From Bacteroidales bacterium (lineage in GTDB: Bacteria; Bacteroidota; Bacteroidia; Bacteroidales; JAADJA01): a DNA stretch of 64,000 nt. This document shows positions 41,723 through 51,481 of the stretch, piece after piece (the stretch's first letter is position 1; the number at the start of each line of letters is the position of its first letter). The position numbers were made by a program, and so were the translations under genes. The notes below the pieces were generated by a model. It made no database searches, was not told the origin of the DNA, and saw only the letters and a program-made list of their open reading frames with translations. The stretch covers positions 6,539-70,538 of the forward strand of contig JADHVR010000006.1 of assembly GCA_016783885.1 (NCBI GenBank). Direction: 5' to 3'.

Positions 41723-44350
41723 ATGACTTTTAACTGCACAAAATATATAATCTTCCTGTTTCTTATTTTACTCTGTAATCCGGTTTTTAGCCAGAATATT
41801 AACCTGTTGCAAAAAATCACTATCAATGCAGAAAACACGCCGGTAGAGAAAATCATAATAGAAATCAGCAAACAAAGCGGGATAGATTTTTCTTACAACA
41901 GCAAAGCCATTAATGCTAAGCAAAAAATTACCTTTTTTGCAAAAGATAAAACCATGAAAGAAATCCTTGACCGGTTATCAAAACAAATAAACATTGAATA
42001 CAAGGTTATAGAAAATCAGATTGTTTTAAAAAAAGCAAAGAAAAAACCGGAAAGCGAAAGATACACCATAAGCGGTTATATAAAAGATAAAGAAACAGGA
42101 GAAAGCATGATAGGCGCTACAATACTTGTTGAGGGCACAAGCACCGGGACAATCAGTAATTCTTACGGCTTTTATTCACTTACACTTCCAAAAGGGGAAT
42201 ACACTATTGAATATTCTTATATCGGATACTTTAAACAAAGACATGAAATAAAACTAAATAAAAATACAAACCTCGATTTTGATTTAGAACTGAATTCACA
42301 ACTTTTAGGGGAAGTTACAATAGAAACCAACGAGCAATTGGAAACGCTGGAGAAAAGCCAGATGAGCCGGATAAAAATTAATCCGAAAAACTTAAACAAC
42401 CTGCCCGAATTTGCCGGTGAAGTCGGGCTGATAAAAAGCCTGCAAACATTACCCGGCATAAAAACCCACAGCGACGGCTCAACGTTTTTTTTTGTCAGAG
42501 GAGGCAACAAAGACCAGAACCTGATACTGATAGATGAAGCTCCCATTTACAATCCCGCACATCTGTTTGGTTTTTATTCCGTAATTATTCCTGAAGTTAC
42601 TAAAGATATCAGTATATATAAAGGCGATATGCCGGTAAACCAGGGCGACAGGCTGTCATCGATAATTGATATTAAAACCAAAGATGGCAACATGAATCGT
42701 TTTGAACTGAATGGTATTTTAAATCCGTTAATTTACAGGTTCTCATTAGAAGGTCCCATAGTGAAAGAAAAAAGCTCGTTTTATACATCGTTCAGACATT
42801 CTAACTTTAAATGGCTTTATCGTAAAGAAAAACCAAATCTTAATATGTATTTCTACGATATTAATGCTAAATTGAATTATAAAATAAATAATAACAACAG
42901 GATATTCTTTTCATTATTTTACGGAAAGGATAACCTGACAAATACCGCTGCGAGTGAACTGGGAGGCATTCAGTGGGCAAATTTTGCCTCCACCCTCAGA
43001 TGGAATCATATATTTAACAGCAAGCTTTTTTGCAACTCAATGATATATGCCAGTTCGTACAATTATATTCTTTCTTCAAGACAAACTAACTGGATATCTG
43101 CAATCAGCAATTTTAATTTTAATATCGACTTTACATATTACGTACTTCCGAAATATACGATTAAATTCGGCTTTAATCAAAGCTTTCATGAATTTAACCC
43201 GGGAAATCTCACTTATGACACAGTAAGTTATTACATCCCGAAGGTTCCTAAAAACCACTCATATAAAAGTGCCTTCTACTTTAACACTGAACATGATCTG
43301 ACAGAAAAACTATCGTATAAATTAGGCTTTCGATTGCCGGTATGGACCAATGTGGGACCAACAACTGTTTATAGTTTCGATACCAATTATAAGGTTACCG
43401 ACACTCTGATAATTCAGGGCAAAGATTCATATAAAACTTATGTGAATTTCGATCCGCGGGTTAGTATTAAGTATCAGTTAAACCGCAGTTCGTCTGTTAA
43501 GATAAGTTACGGCATCTATCATCAATATCTGCAATTACTTTCCAATTCAATAAGTCCGTTTTCATCGTTTGAAATATGGCTGCCAAGCGGAACCAATATC
43601 AAACCACAGCGTGCCGACCAGGTGGCTTTAGGCTACGTTAAATTTTTCAATAAGCTTAATCTTGAGCTTAATGCCGAAGCCTATTATAAATATATGAGGA
43701 ACCAGATTGATTATGAGTCTCACGCTAATTTACTGCTGAACCCTTTGATTGAGGGGGAACTTCGTTTTGGAGATGCCTGGTCGTACGGTATTGAATTGCT
43801 GCTGAAACGAACCAAAGGAAAATTAAGCGGATGGATAAGTTACACATATTCGCGGATTTTTAAAAAAATAAACGATTTAAACAATAATAAAAAATTTCCG
43901 GCATTTTACGACAGACCTAACGATTTTTCAATTTATCTGTCATATCTTATTTCCGACAGGTTAAATGTTTCGGCAAACTGGATTTATTATACCGGTTCGG
44001 CAATAACAACACCAATAAGTTTTTATGAATATAACGGATATACGGTTCCTCTGTACGGGGATAAAAATAACGACAGACTGCCCGACTATCACAGGCTTGA
44101 TCTCGCATTGAGCTACAGGCTGAACAAACGGGAAAAAAATTTCAGGCACAGTATAAGCTTTGCCATTTATAATGTTTATAACAGGATAAATCCTGTTTCA
44201 ATCAATTTTAATAAAATAAAAACAAAGAATGGAAATTTTATTGTTCCTGCTAATCTTTTCGGAACAAATGAAATTGTAATAACAGAAAAATATTTATTGG
44301 GAATTATGCCTTCGCTTACTTATAAATTTAAAATCATAGTGGGTAATTAG
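41723..44350 (+). CDS. TonB-dependent receptor with N-terminal signalling (STN) and CarboxypepD_reg domains
   Basis: 875 aa. Signal peptide ..NPVFSQ. STN-like ITINAENTPVEKIIIEISKQSGIDFSY. CarboxypepD_reg (TISGYIKDKETGESMIGATILVEG). Plug (FFFVRGG..DQNLILIDEAPIYN). Beta-barrel ending ...LTYKF. Confidence 0.85.
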   Translation: MTFNCTKYIIFLFLILLCNPVFSQNINLLQKITINAENTPVEKIIIEISKQSGIDFSYNSKAINAKQKITFFAKDKTMKEILDRLSKQINIEYKVIENQIVLKKAKKKPESERYTISGYIKDKETGESMIGATILVEGTSTGTISNSYGFYSLTLPKGEYTIEYSYIGYFKQRHEIKLNKNTNLDFDLELNSQLLGEVTIETNEQLETLEKSQMSRIKINPKNLNNLPEFAGEVGLIKSLQTLPGIKTHSDGSTFFFVRGGNKDQNLILIDEAPIYNPAHLFGFYSVIIPEVTKDISIYKGDMPVNQGDRLSSIIDIKTKDGNMNRFELNGILNPLIYRFSLEGPIVKEKSSFYTSFRHSNFKWLYRKEKPNLNMYFYDINAKLNYKINNNNRIFFSLFYGKDNLTNTAASELGGIQWANFASTLRWNHIFNSKLFCNSMIYASSYNYILSSRQTNWISAISNFNFNIDFTYYVLPKYTIKFGFNQSFHEFNPGNLTYDTVSYYIPKVPKNHSYKSAFYFNTEHDLTEKLSYKLGFRLPVWTNVGPTTVYSFDTNYKVTDTLIIQGKDSYKTYVNFDPRVSIKYQLNRSSSVKISYGIYHQYLQLLSNSISPFSSFEIWLPSGTNIKPQRADQVALGYVKFFNKLNLELNAEAYYKYMRNQIDYESHANLLLNPLIEGELRFGDAWSYGIELLLKRTKGKLSGWISYTYSRIFKKINDLNNNKKFPAFYDRPNDFSIYLSYLISDRLNVSANWIYYTGSAITTPISFYEYNGYTVPLYGDKNNDRLPDYHRLDLALSYRLNKREKNFRHSISFAIYNVYNRINPVSINFNKIKTKNGNFIVPANLFGTNEIVITEKYLLGIMPSLTYKFKIIVGN

Positions 44351-44411
44351 TGTCCGTCCTTAATATGTAAGGGAAAACTTAAATGAAAATAAAAATTGAA
44401 AAATTTTATCT

Positions 44412-46550
44412 TCATTTCTCTTTTCTCGCATTTTCAGACCGGTAGTTATCAATATCATTGAGGATATTAACGGCTTCAACAAGGTAAACATCCTTTTTCA
44501 GTCCGGTTATCCATGCTTCTGTTCTGGCTTTTTTAGACGTGTCAGCCTCAACACCGGGCAAGTCGGTTTTTAATATTTCAATTGTGAGCCCAAGAGTATC
44601 CTTTCCGATACGTTCGTATTTCTCCCCGCTTTTTTCTCTTTTTTCTATCCGGGATTTATAATTTTCATAGTTAAGGCTGTATTCGGTATCTTCCCTGAGT
44701 TTTTTGAGCCTCTTGCCATTTTCATCCACAAGCACCAGGATAGAATCGCCTTTTATTCTTTTTTTACTTATTTCTTCAATATAATCCACGTCATAAGAAG
44801 GTGTACATTTATTGTAGGTCAGTGGAAAAATTTCACTCCAGGGCATAGCATTGTCTAAGTCTCTTTCGCCAAAATCCATGTAATTATAATAATCAGGCAA
44901 AACAATATCGGGAGTAACTCCATTGAGTTGAGTTGCTCCGCCGTTTACCCTGTAAAATTTTTGAACTGTCATTTTCAGCGCCCCGAGAGGTTTCATATCA
45001 ACAGGTTTTTTCGGAACCATACGGTCAAGTTCCGTGAAATTCTGAACAGTTCCTTTTCCGTAAGTTGAGTTGCCTCCGATAACGATTGCCCTGTTATAAT
45101 CCTGCATTGCTGCTGCAAATATTTCGGAAGCCGAAGCGCTTATAGCATTTACCATAACAATTAGAGGACCTCCGTACTGAATTTCCGGGTCAAGATCCTT
45201 GTATGTTTTTTTCATACCTTTCCTTCCCCTGGATTGCACAATTGGTCCTTCTTCTATGAACAAGCCCGCTATTTTAACAACATCTTCTAACGAACCACCG
45301 CCATTGTTGCGTAAATCAAAAATAATCCCGTCAACATTTTCTTGTTTAAGCTTTTCAATTTCATTCTTCACATCGTCAAAGCAATTTTTGCCATTTATCT
45401 TGTTAAAATCAATATAAAATGAAGGTAATTTGACATACCCGAAAATTCTGTTTGATTCATCATCCCTGATAACCGCTGATTTTGCATAAGTTTCTTCAAG
45501 TACCACTACATCCCTTATAATGGATATTTCTTTAATTGCACCGTCCAATTTTTTAATGGTCAATCTTGCTTCCGTTCCCTTTTTACCTCTGATCAGCAAA
45601 ACAGCTTCATCTAATCGCATATCAACCACGTCAACAGGTTCTTCATCACCCTGTGCAACCTTTAAAATATAATCGCCCACTTCCAGCTCCCCTTGTTTCC
45701 ATGAAGGGCTGCCGGGAATTATTTTTATAACTTCAATATAGGCATTCTTCTGGGTAAGCTGAGCGCCTATTCCTTCTAATTGCCCTGAAAAACGGATATC
45801 GAAATTTTCTTTATCCTTAGGAGGAAAATATTGAGTATGCGGGTCAAAAACATTTACAAGAGAATTGATATAAATGTTCAGCCTGTCGGTTTCATCAAGC
45901 TTCGACATACGGTGAAACCAATCATCGTATCTTTTTAAAACTTTTTCTCTTGCCTCTCCCTCAAGCTCTGCAAAGCTTTTCTCCTGAACCGTATCGCTCT
46001 TTTCAACGGCTTTTTCCTGCTCTTCAATCAAATCGTTCAATCGTGTCAGGGTTTCGTATTTTAATGATTTGCGCCATCTTTCCTTTAATTCGGTTTTATT
46101 TGCGGCATAATACTTTTTATCAGGATCAAATTCATAATATTCATCCTTTTCAAAGTAAAACGGTTTTTCCAGGGCTTCTTTGTAATAACTTTCAGATTCG
46201 TTAATACGTTTATTTAGAATAGAAACAGAAATATCGAAAAACTCAAAATCATTATTTTTCATTTCATCATCCAGCTCTGTTTTGTATTTCGATAGTTTTT
46301 CAACATCTTCTTTCAGCAAAAACCTTTTAGCATAATCAATCCTTTCAACGTACAAGTTATAAGCTTTTACAGAAAAATCATCATCAATATCACCCGGATG
46401 ATAGTGACCGCTGTTAATAGCGAATGAAACAACTTTGACGAGTAAATCTCTTCTTAAATCATCAGTACTGCTTTGATAAGAGATAAACAGAAGGCTTGCA
46501 AAAATCAAAAGAACGGCAATAGCAACAAGTTTGATATTTCGAAAATTCAT
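44412..46550 (-). CDS. Carboxy-terminal processing (tail-specific) protease, family S41
   Basis: 712 aa. PDZ (GIGAQL...GSPSWKQGELEVGDYIL) and S41 core (IIFDLRNNGGGSL, NAISASASEIFAAAMQDY, GKGTVQ). Confidence 0.85.
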   Translation of the reverse strand: MNFRNIKLVAIAVLLIFASLLFISYQSSTDDLRRDLLVKVVSFAINSGHYHPGDIDDDFSVKAYNLYVERIDYAKRFLLKEDVEKLSKYKTELDDEMKNNDFEFFDISVSILNKRINESESYYKEALEKPFYFEKDEYYEFDPDKKYYAANKTELKERWRKSLKYETLTRLNDLIEEQEKAVEKSDTVQEKSFAELEGEAREKVLKRYDDWFHRMSKLDETDRLNIYINSLVNVFDPHTQYFPPKDKENFDIRFSGQLEGIGAQLTQKNAYIEVIKIIPGSPSWKQGELEVGDYILKVAQGDEEPVDVVDMRLDEAVLLIRGKKGTEARLTIKKLDGAIKEISIIRDVVVLEETYAKSAVIRDDESNRIFGYVKLPSFYIDFNKINGKNCFDDVKNEIEKLKQENVDGIIFDLRNNGGGSLEDVVKIAGLFIEEGPIVQSRGRKGMKKTYKDLDPEIQYGGPLIVMVNAISASASEIFAAAMQDYNRAIVIGGNSTYGKGTVQNFTELDRMVPKKPVDMKPLGALKMTVQKFYRVNGGATQLNGVTPDIVLPDYYNYMDFGERDLDNAMPWSEIFPLTYNKCTPSYDVDYIEEISKKRIKGDSILVLVDENGKRLKKLREDTEYSLNYENYKSRIEKREKSGEKYERIGKDTLGLTIEILKTDLPGVEADTSKKARTEAWITGLKKDVYLVEAVNILNDIDNYRSENARKEK

Positions 46551-47228
46551 AAGAAATAATTTTTAGATAAAAAGAAACTCTTTTAAAATGTAAAATTACG
46601 GATTTTCCAGTATAATTACGTTGAAAATTGTTAAATGTTGTTAATTGACTAATAAAATGATAATAATAAGTTACGGGTTACTGACTTCAGTTTGCCGGTT
46701 GCGGATGTATCAGATACTAAATACTCAGGGCTGTTTAATTCTCTGATTAACAATTTTAAAAAATTTACTAATTACTTTTGGATTAACTAACGCACTATGT
46801 GCCATGGCTCAAATCCGAAAGAGCTATGTTATAACTGATCAAATCCCTGCCAAAGCAGGCATAGACCCATACCTGGTATTAATTGACCGGGAAATGGATA
46901 ATAATGTATGTGAGGTGAAAGAATGGGATGATTTGCTTGTTTCGTTTTTAATGAACCTGTCTTTAAAATCAGTATTGCAGTATAGCACAGCTAATTGACT
47001 TTCAAACAGGATATCCAAGATGAATTTATCAGGCAAGTTAAACCGTTAGTTATCGGGAGGGTGAATGCAGGCGTGTTGAAAAAAGTTTTGTTCTCACTTC
47101 CAAAAATGTCAATAAACGGAACACGAATTTTGTAAAGCGAAGCTATATAAAATTGGTGTAGAGTAGTAGTGAACATTATACTGTTAAAATAATTTACCAT
47201 ATACGGTTTTTTGCATGATTATACTTAT

Positions 47229-47236
47229 TATTTTTG
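47229..47236 (+). promoter_or_regulatory. TAnnTTTG -7 box upstream of the Dcm operon
   Basis: TATTTTTG at 47229-47236, 25 nt before ATG 47261. An upstream TTTG lies at 47210-47213. Confidence 0.4.
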
Positions 47237-47260
47237 TACTTTAGTAAATTTTTCTCCAAA

Positions 47261-48490
47261 ATGGAAAAATCTACCTATATTGATATATTTGCTGGTTGTG
47301 GAGGATTATCATTAGGCTTATTTAATTCTAGTAAGTGGAAAGGTATTTTTGCAATTGAAAAAAGTCCTGATGCATTTAATACTTTAGAACACAACTTAAT
47401 TCATAACAAAAATCATTTTGATTGGCCAAGTTGGTTACCTCAAACATCACATGACATAAAAGAAGTTCTGAAAAAATATAACAACGAACTCATATCTCTT
47501 AGAGGAAAAATTGATTTAGTAGCAGGTGGTCCACCATGTCAGGGTTTTTCTCCAGCTGGAACAAGAAATGAAGCTGATTCGAGAAATAAGCTTATAAAAT
47601 CATATATTAAGTTTATAAGATTAATCCAGCCAAAAGTGATTTTCTTTGAAAATGTTAAAGGATTCACTCAAAAATTTAAAAAAAATAAAACAAAAGGCAT
47701 AGCATACTCTGATTATGTATTAAATGTTTTAAAATGTAATAGGAAAGATTATATAGGTTATGATGTTTATGGAGAATTAGTTGATTTTTCAAAATTTGGT
47801 ATTCCTCAGAAAAGAACAAGGTTTATTTTAGTTGGGATTAGAAAGGATTTAATTTTAAATGTTCGAGCAAATGTATTTTTTAAAAATATTTGCGAAAACA
47901 AAGAGTCATTTTTAATCAATAAAAATTTAGATACAAGTGTTACTTTATATGATGCTATTTCTGATTTACTTCAAGCGAATAATCAAATTGGATCACCAGA
48001 TTCCAAGGGATTTAAAGCAGGTGCTTATGGTAAAATATCATCAAAATATCAGGAATATATTCGTTCAGATATAAAAGCTATAAATCCTGATAGTCATCGT
48101 TTTGCGAAACATAGAAAAAAAACAGTAGAAAGATTTAATTTTATCCTAAATAATGCAAGCAAGAATAAAACTCTATGTTCTGAGATTAAAAATAAATATG
48201 GCATAAAAAAGCATACTGTTATACCATTAGATGAAAGTGAACCTGCAGCAACCTTAACAACCCTTCCTGACGACTATATTCATTATAGCGAGCCCCGGAT
48301 ATTTACTGTTCGAGAATATGCTAGAATCCAATCATTTAATGACTGGTTTGAGTTTAAGGGGAAATATACAACTGGAGGAAAATTAAGGATAAAAGAAGTA
48401 CCTAGATATTCACAAATAGGTAATGCTATACCCCCCTTGTTTGGTGAACAAGCAGGAATTGCTTTAAAAAAAATACTCGAAAATGGCTAG
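47261..48490 (+). CDS. dcm: DNA (cytosine-5)-methyltransferase
   Basis: Motif I DIFAGCGG, motif IV GGPPCQGFS, motif VI FENVKGF, motif VIII QKRTRFILVG, motif X GNAIPP. The ORF track starts at TTG 47234; ATG 47261 is preferred. Confidence 0.9.
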   Translation: MEKSTYIDIFAGCGGLSLGLFNSSKWKGIFAIEKSPDAFNTLEHNLIHNKNHFDWPSWLPQTSHDIKEVLKKYNNELISLRGKIDLVAGGPPCQGFSPAGTRNEADSRNKLIKSYIKFIRLIQPKVIFFENVKGFTQKFKKNKTKGIAYSDYVLNVLKCNRKDYIGYDVYGELVDFSKFGIPQKRTRFILVGIRKDLILNVRANVFFKNICENKESFLINKNLDTSVTLYDAISDLLQANNQIGSPDSKGFKAGAYGKISSKYQEYIRSDIKAINPDSHRFAKHRKKTVERFNFILNNASKNKTLCSEIKNKYGIKKHTVIPLDESEPAATLTTLPDDYIHYSEPRIFTVREYARIQSFNDWFEFKGKYTTGGKLRIKEVPRYSQIGNAIPPLFGEQAGIALKKILENG

Positions 48491-50807
48491 GGAGCTTCAA
48501 TTTAGAATTAGTGCTGCTTTAAAGAACATTATTGGACGTGATTTAATCACAGATGATTTTATTGCAGTATTTGAACTAGTAAAGAATTCCTTTGATGCTT
48601 ATGCTAATAAAGTAAAAATTGCCTTTGAAAAAGACAGGCTGATTATATGGGATGATGGAAAAGGGATGGATTATGACGACATAGTGAATAAATGGCTATT
48701 TGTGGCCTATTCTGCTAAAAAAGAAGGAATTGAAGATAAAGAATTAAGAAGAGAAGAATACCAAGATTACAGGAACAGAATACAACCAAAACGTTACTAT
48801 GCTGGTGCTAAAGGAATAGGTAGGTTTTCATGCGACAGGTTAGGAAGTCACCTTATACTAACTACTAAAAAACCAAGTAAAAAAGCTGAATTAGAACAAA
48901 TAATTGTTAACTGGGATGACTTTGAAAAAGATACAAAAGATCAATTTATTAATATAAATGTAAAGCATGAAAAAAATCCAACGATTGAACATTTGGGTTT
49001 TAAACAGGGAGCAATAATAGAGATTTCTGGATTAAGGTCTGATTGGAAAAGGGAAAAGATTCTTAATCTTAAATATTCTCTTGAAAAACTAATTAATCCA
49101 TTTGATATAATTGATGAAAAGGATGCTCAAAAGAAAGAGAACAAATTCACGATTAGCATTGAAGCTAAGCATGAATTAGAAAAAGATCAAGAATATAAAT
49201 CACCTCGAGAAAGAGTCAACGGGCCTGTAAAGAATTTTATATTTGAAACTCTTAATGTTAAAACCACCCAAGTAATAACCGAAATTGATCAGACGGGCAA
49301 ATATATAACGACTGAATTAAAAGATAGAGGTGTTGTAATATATAAGATAAGGGAGGAAAATGTGGATTTTCCTTTTCTTGAAGATGTAGTTGTAAAATAT
49401 CATTTGTTTTATTTAAATAGGGCTGCAAAAAATAACTTCACAAGGCAGATGGGAATACATGCTGTCAATTTTGGCTCAGTTTTCATCTATAAAAATGGGT
49501 TTAGAGTTTATCCTTTTGGAGAAGTAGGTGATGATACACTTGGTATCGACCATAGACATCAACAACGTTATAGAAGTACTTTGAGTACAAGAAACCTGCT
49601 GGGAAGAATTGAAATAACCGGGGAAAATGATGAATTCAAAGAAGCATCTAGTAGGGATGGTGGATTAATTAAGACCGCAAGTTATGAACAACTTGTTGAA
49701 GGTTTTATGGAAAAGAGTTTAAAGCGATTGGAAAATTATGTTGTCGACATCCAATGGAAAATAAAGGAAGATCAATTTAAACAAGATTTATCAGAGCTTG
49801 ATAATATTGGGGCTAAAGGTGCAATTGCGAAACTGGTTTCAAAATTTGCCGAATCTGACAGAATTGAGCTTTTAGATTATGACAAAGATTTTCTAAATAT
49901 CGTTACTGAAAAACTTGAAGAGTTAAACCCGGAGATATTTGAGAACTTATCTAAGTTAGCTAACAAAACAGGAGATGAATATTTTATTAAAGAAATTGAA
50001 GAAGCCCAAAAGAAATATCATAACCTAATTGAAGAAATAGCTGAAGCGGAAAGAAGAGCTCTGGAAGAAGAAGAAGCAAGGCGTAAACTTGAAGAAGAGC
50101 TAGAAATAGAAAGGCAGAAAAATACGTTCTTGTCGGCGAACACAAGGGGAATAAGTAAGGAGGCACAAGGACTTATTCACAATATAAAGCTGACAACAAA
50201 AAATATCGAGGGGAATGTAGAAACCCTTATCAGGAAAGCAAAGGATGGAATGCTACAAAAAAGAGAGCTATTGAGAAGATTAACTGATATTAAACTAAGT
50301 GCAGATAAGGCTCTGAAGATAAGTAAGCTTATTACCCGATCTAATTTTAAAGAACAAGCAGCCAAACAAAAAGTTGACTTGGCAAAGTATATTGAACAGT
50401 ATTTCTTACTATATTCTGATTTATATGAGAAAAATCAATTACAGTTTGATTTACATGTTAATGATGCTTGTTTATGGACTAAGATTAGCGTATTAGAGAT
50501 TTCGATAATACTGGATAATTTAATTTCAAATGCAGAGAAATCAGGAGCAAAAAATATTTACATAGCACTTAACAACACCATAGATAATGGACTTGAAATG
50601 ATATTTTCGGATGATGGTAAAGGAGTCAATAAAAAATATCTTGATAATGTTGACTATATTTTTGATTTGGGTGTAACAGATACTTCAGGATCTGGTATTG
50701 GACTTTATACTGTTAGATCATCTTTGAAAAGTATGCAGGGCGAAATTATGTTTATTGGAAATGGTATTTTTTTAAAAGGAGCGACATTTCAGTTAAATTT
50801 CAAATAA
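48483..50807 (+). CDS. Dual GHKL-ATPase protein: N-terminal MORC/Hsp90-like (HATPase_c_3-type) module, coiled coil, C-terminal histidine-kinase-like DHp + CA module
   Basis: 774 aa. N-module: ELVKNSFDA (N-box), WDDGKGM (G1), GAKGIGRFS (G2). Charged coiled coil EEIAEAERRALEEEEARRKLEEELEIERQ. Candidate phospho-His in GLIHNIK (about residue 566). C-module: LDNLISNAEKSGA (N-box), FSDDGKGV (G1), GSGIGLY (G2). Start overlaps the dcm stop (ATGGCTAG). Confidence 0.7.
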   Translation: MARELQFRISAALKNIIGRDLITDDFIAVFELVKNSFDAYANKVKIAFEKDRLIIWDDGKGMDYDDIVNKWLFVAYSAKKEGIEDKELRREEYQDYRNRIQPKRYYAGAKGIGRFSCDRLGSHLILTTKKPSKKAELEQIIVNWDDFEKDTKDQFININVKHEKNPTIEHLGFKQGAIIEISGLRSDWKREKILNLKYSLEKLINPFDIIDEKDAQKKENKFTISIEAKHELEKDQEYKSPRERVNGPVKNFIFETLNVKTTQVITEIDQTGKYITTELKDRGVVIYKIREENVDFPFLEDVVVKYHLFYLNRAAKNNFTRQMGIHAVNFGSVFIYKNGFRVYPFGEVGDDTLGIDHRHQQRYRSTLSTRNLLGRIEITGENDEFKEASSRDGGLIKTASYEQLVEGFMEKSLKRLENYVVDIQWKIKEDQFKQDLSELDNIGAKGAIAKLVSKFAESDRIELLDYDKDFLNIVTEKLEELNPEIFENLSKLANKTGDEYFIKEIEEAQKKYHNLIEEIAEAERRALEEEEARRKLEEELEIERQKNTFLSANTRGISKEAQGLIHNIKLTTKNIEGNVETLIRKAKDGMLQKRELLRRLTDIKLSADKALKISKLITRSNFKEQAAKQKVDLAKYIEQYFLLYSDLYEKNQLQFDLHVNDACLWTKISVLEISIILDNLISNAEKSGAKNIYIALNNTIDNGLEMIFSDDGKGVNKKYLDNVDYIFDLGVTDTSGSGIGLYTVRSSLKSMQGEIMFIGNGIFLKGATFQLNFK

Positions 50808-51481
50808 TGGAAAAGGTTTGTTTATTTGTTGATGATAATCTGCAAAGAGATGTTATTGATAATATCCCACCACGGGCAAAAGTCAAGGGGCTAAATGTTA
50901 CTTGTTATGAATTTAATCCAACTGATAGAGAGTTCCAAAACAAGGATTTAGACATAGATTTTGAAAAAGTGAAACAAGTGCTTCAAGATAATTGGCAACA
51001 CAGGAAATTGGATTTAATTGCCTGTGATTATTATTTTGGTGATGACAATGTGAATGGGCTTTCTATTATTGAGTTTATTAGGACATTTAATCAAAAGTGC
51101 CCAATTATTCTGTATTCTGGCAACTTAGTTAAGATAATTGCGGATATTCTTCAAGGCTATAATGGAAGGAATCCTCAACCTCTAGTGGACAAACTTAAAA
51201 AACTTTTTAGAGCAAATATAGCTGACTTTATTGATAGAGAAGATTATACAAATGATGTGATAACTCTTTTGAAAGAAACGCCTTTGGAGATGATAATTGC
51301 TGATAAATTGATGGAATATGCCGATTATGAATTCAAAAGTGGTTACTTAGCTTTTAAAGGGATGAAGTTAGGACAGATTGCGAAGGCTTTAAGGAATAAT
51401 GCTCCACAAGCTGGTGAATTTAAACAGGAAATCATTGAACAAGCAATTGCCCATTTGATTGCTTTAAATGAAGAAGAATAA
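50807..51481 (+). CDS. Receiver (REC)-domain protein with ~80-aa helical C-terminal extension
   Basis: 224 aa. VCLFVDD (acidic pair D9/D10), DLIACD (candidate phospho-acceptor D74), PIILYSG (S104, exactly 30 residues after D74, as for D57/T87 in CheY). Start overlaps the upstream stop (TAATG). Confidence 0.6.
   Translation: MEKVCLFVDDNLQRDVIDNIPPRAKVKGLNVTCYEFNPTDREFQNKDLDIDFEKVKQVLQDNWQHRKLDLIACDYYFGDDNVNGLSIIEFIRTFNQKCPIILYSGNLVKIIADILQGYNGRNPQPLVDKLKKLFRANIADFIDREDYTNDVITLLKETPLEMIIADKLMEYADYEFKSGYLAFKGMKLGQIAKALRNNAPQAGEFKQEIIEQAIAHLIALNEEE

Noticed and set aside
46804-47200. Small ORFs (64-69 aa) in the 670-bp region between the S41 protease and dcm; considered as a possible missing restriction endonuclease or regulator.
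   Set aside because: They mutually overlap on opposite strands, have no recognisable motifs, and one starts inside the interspersed 45-nt repeat. They are too short and unsupported to call.
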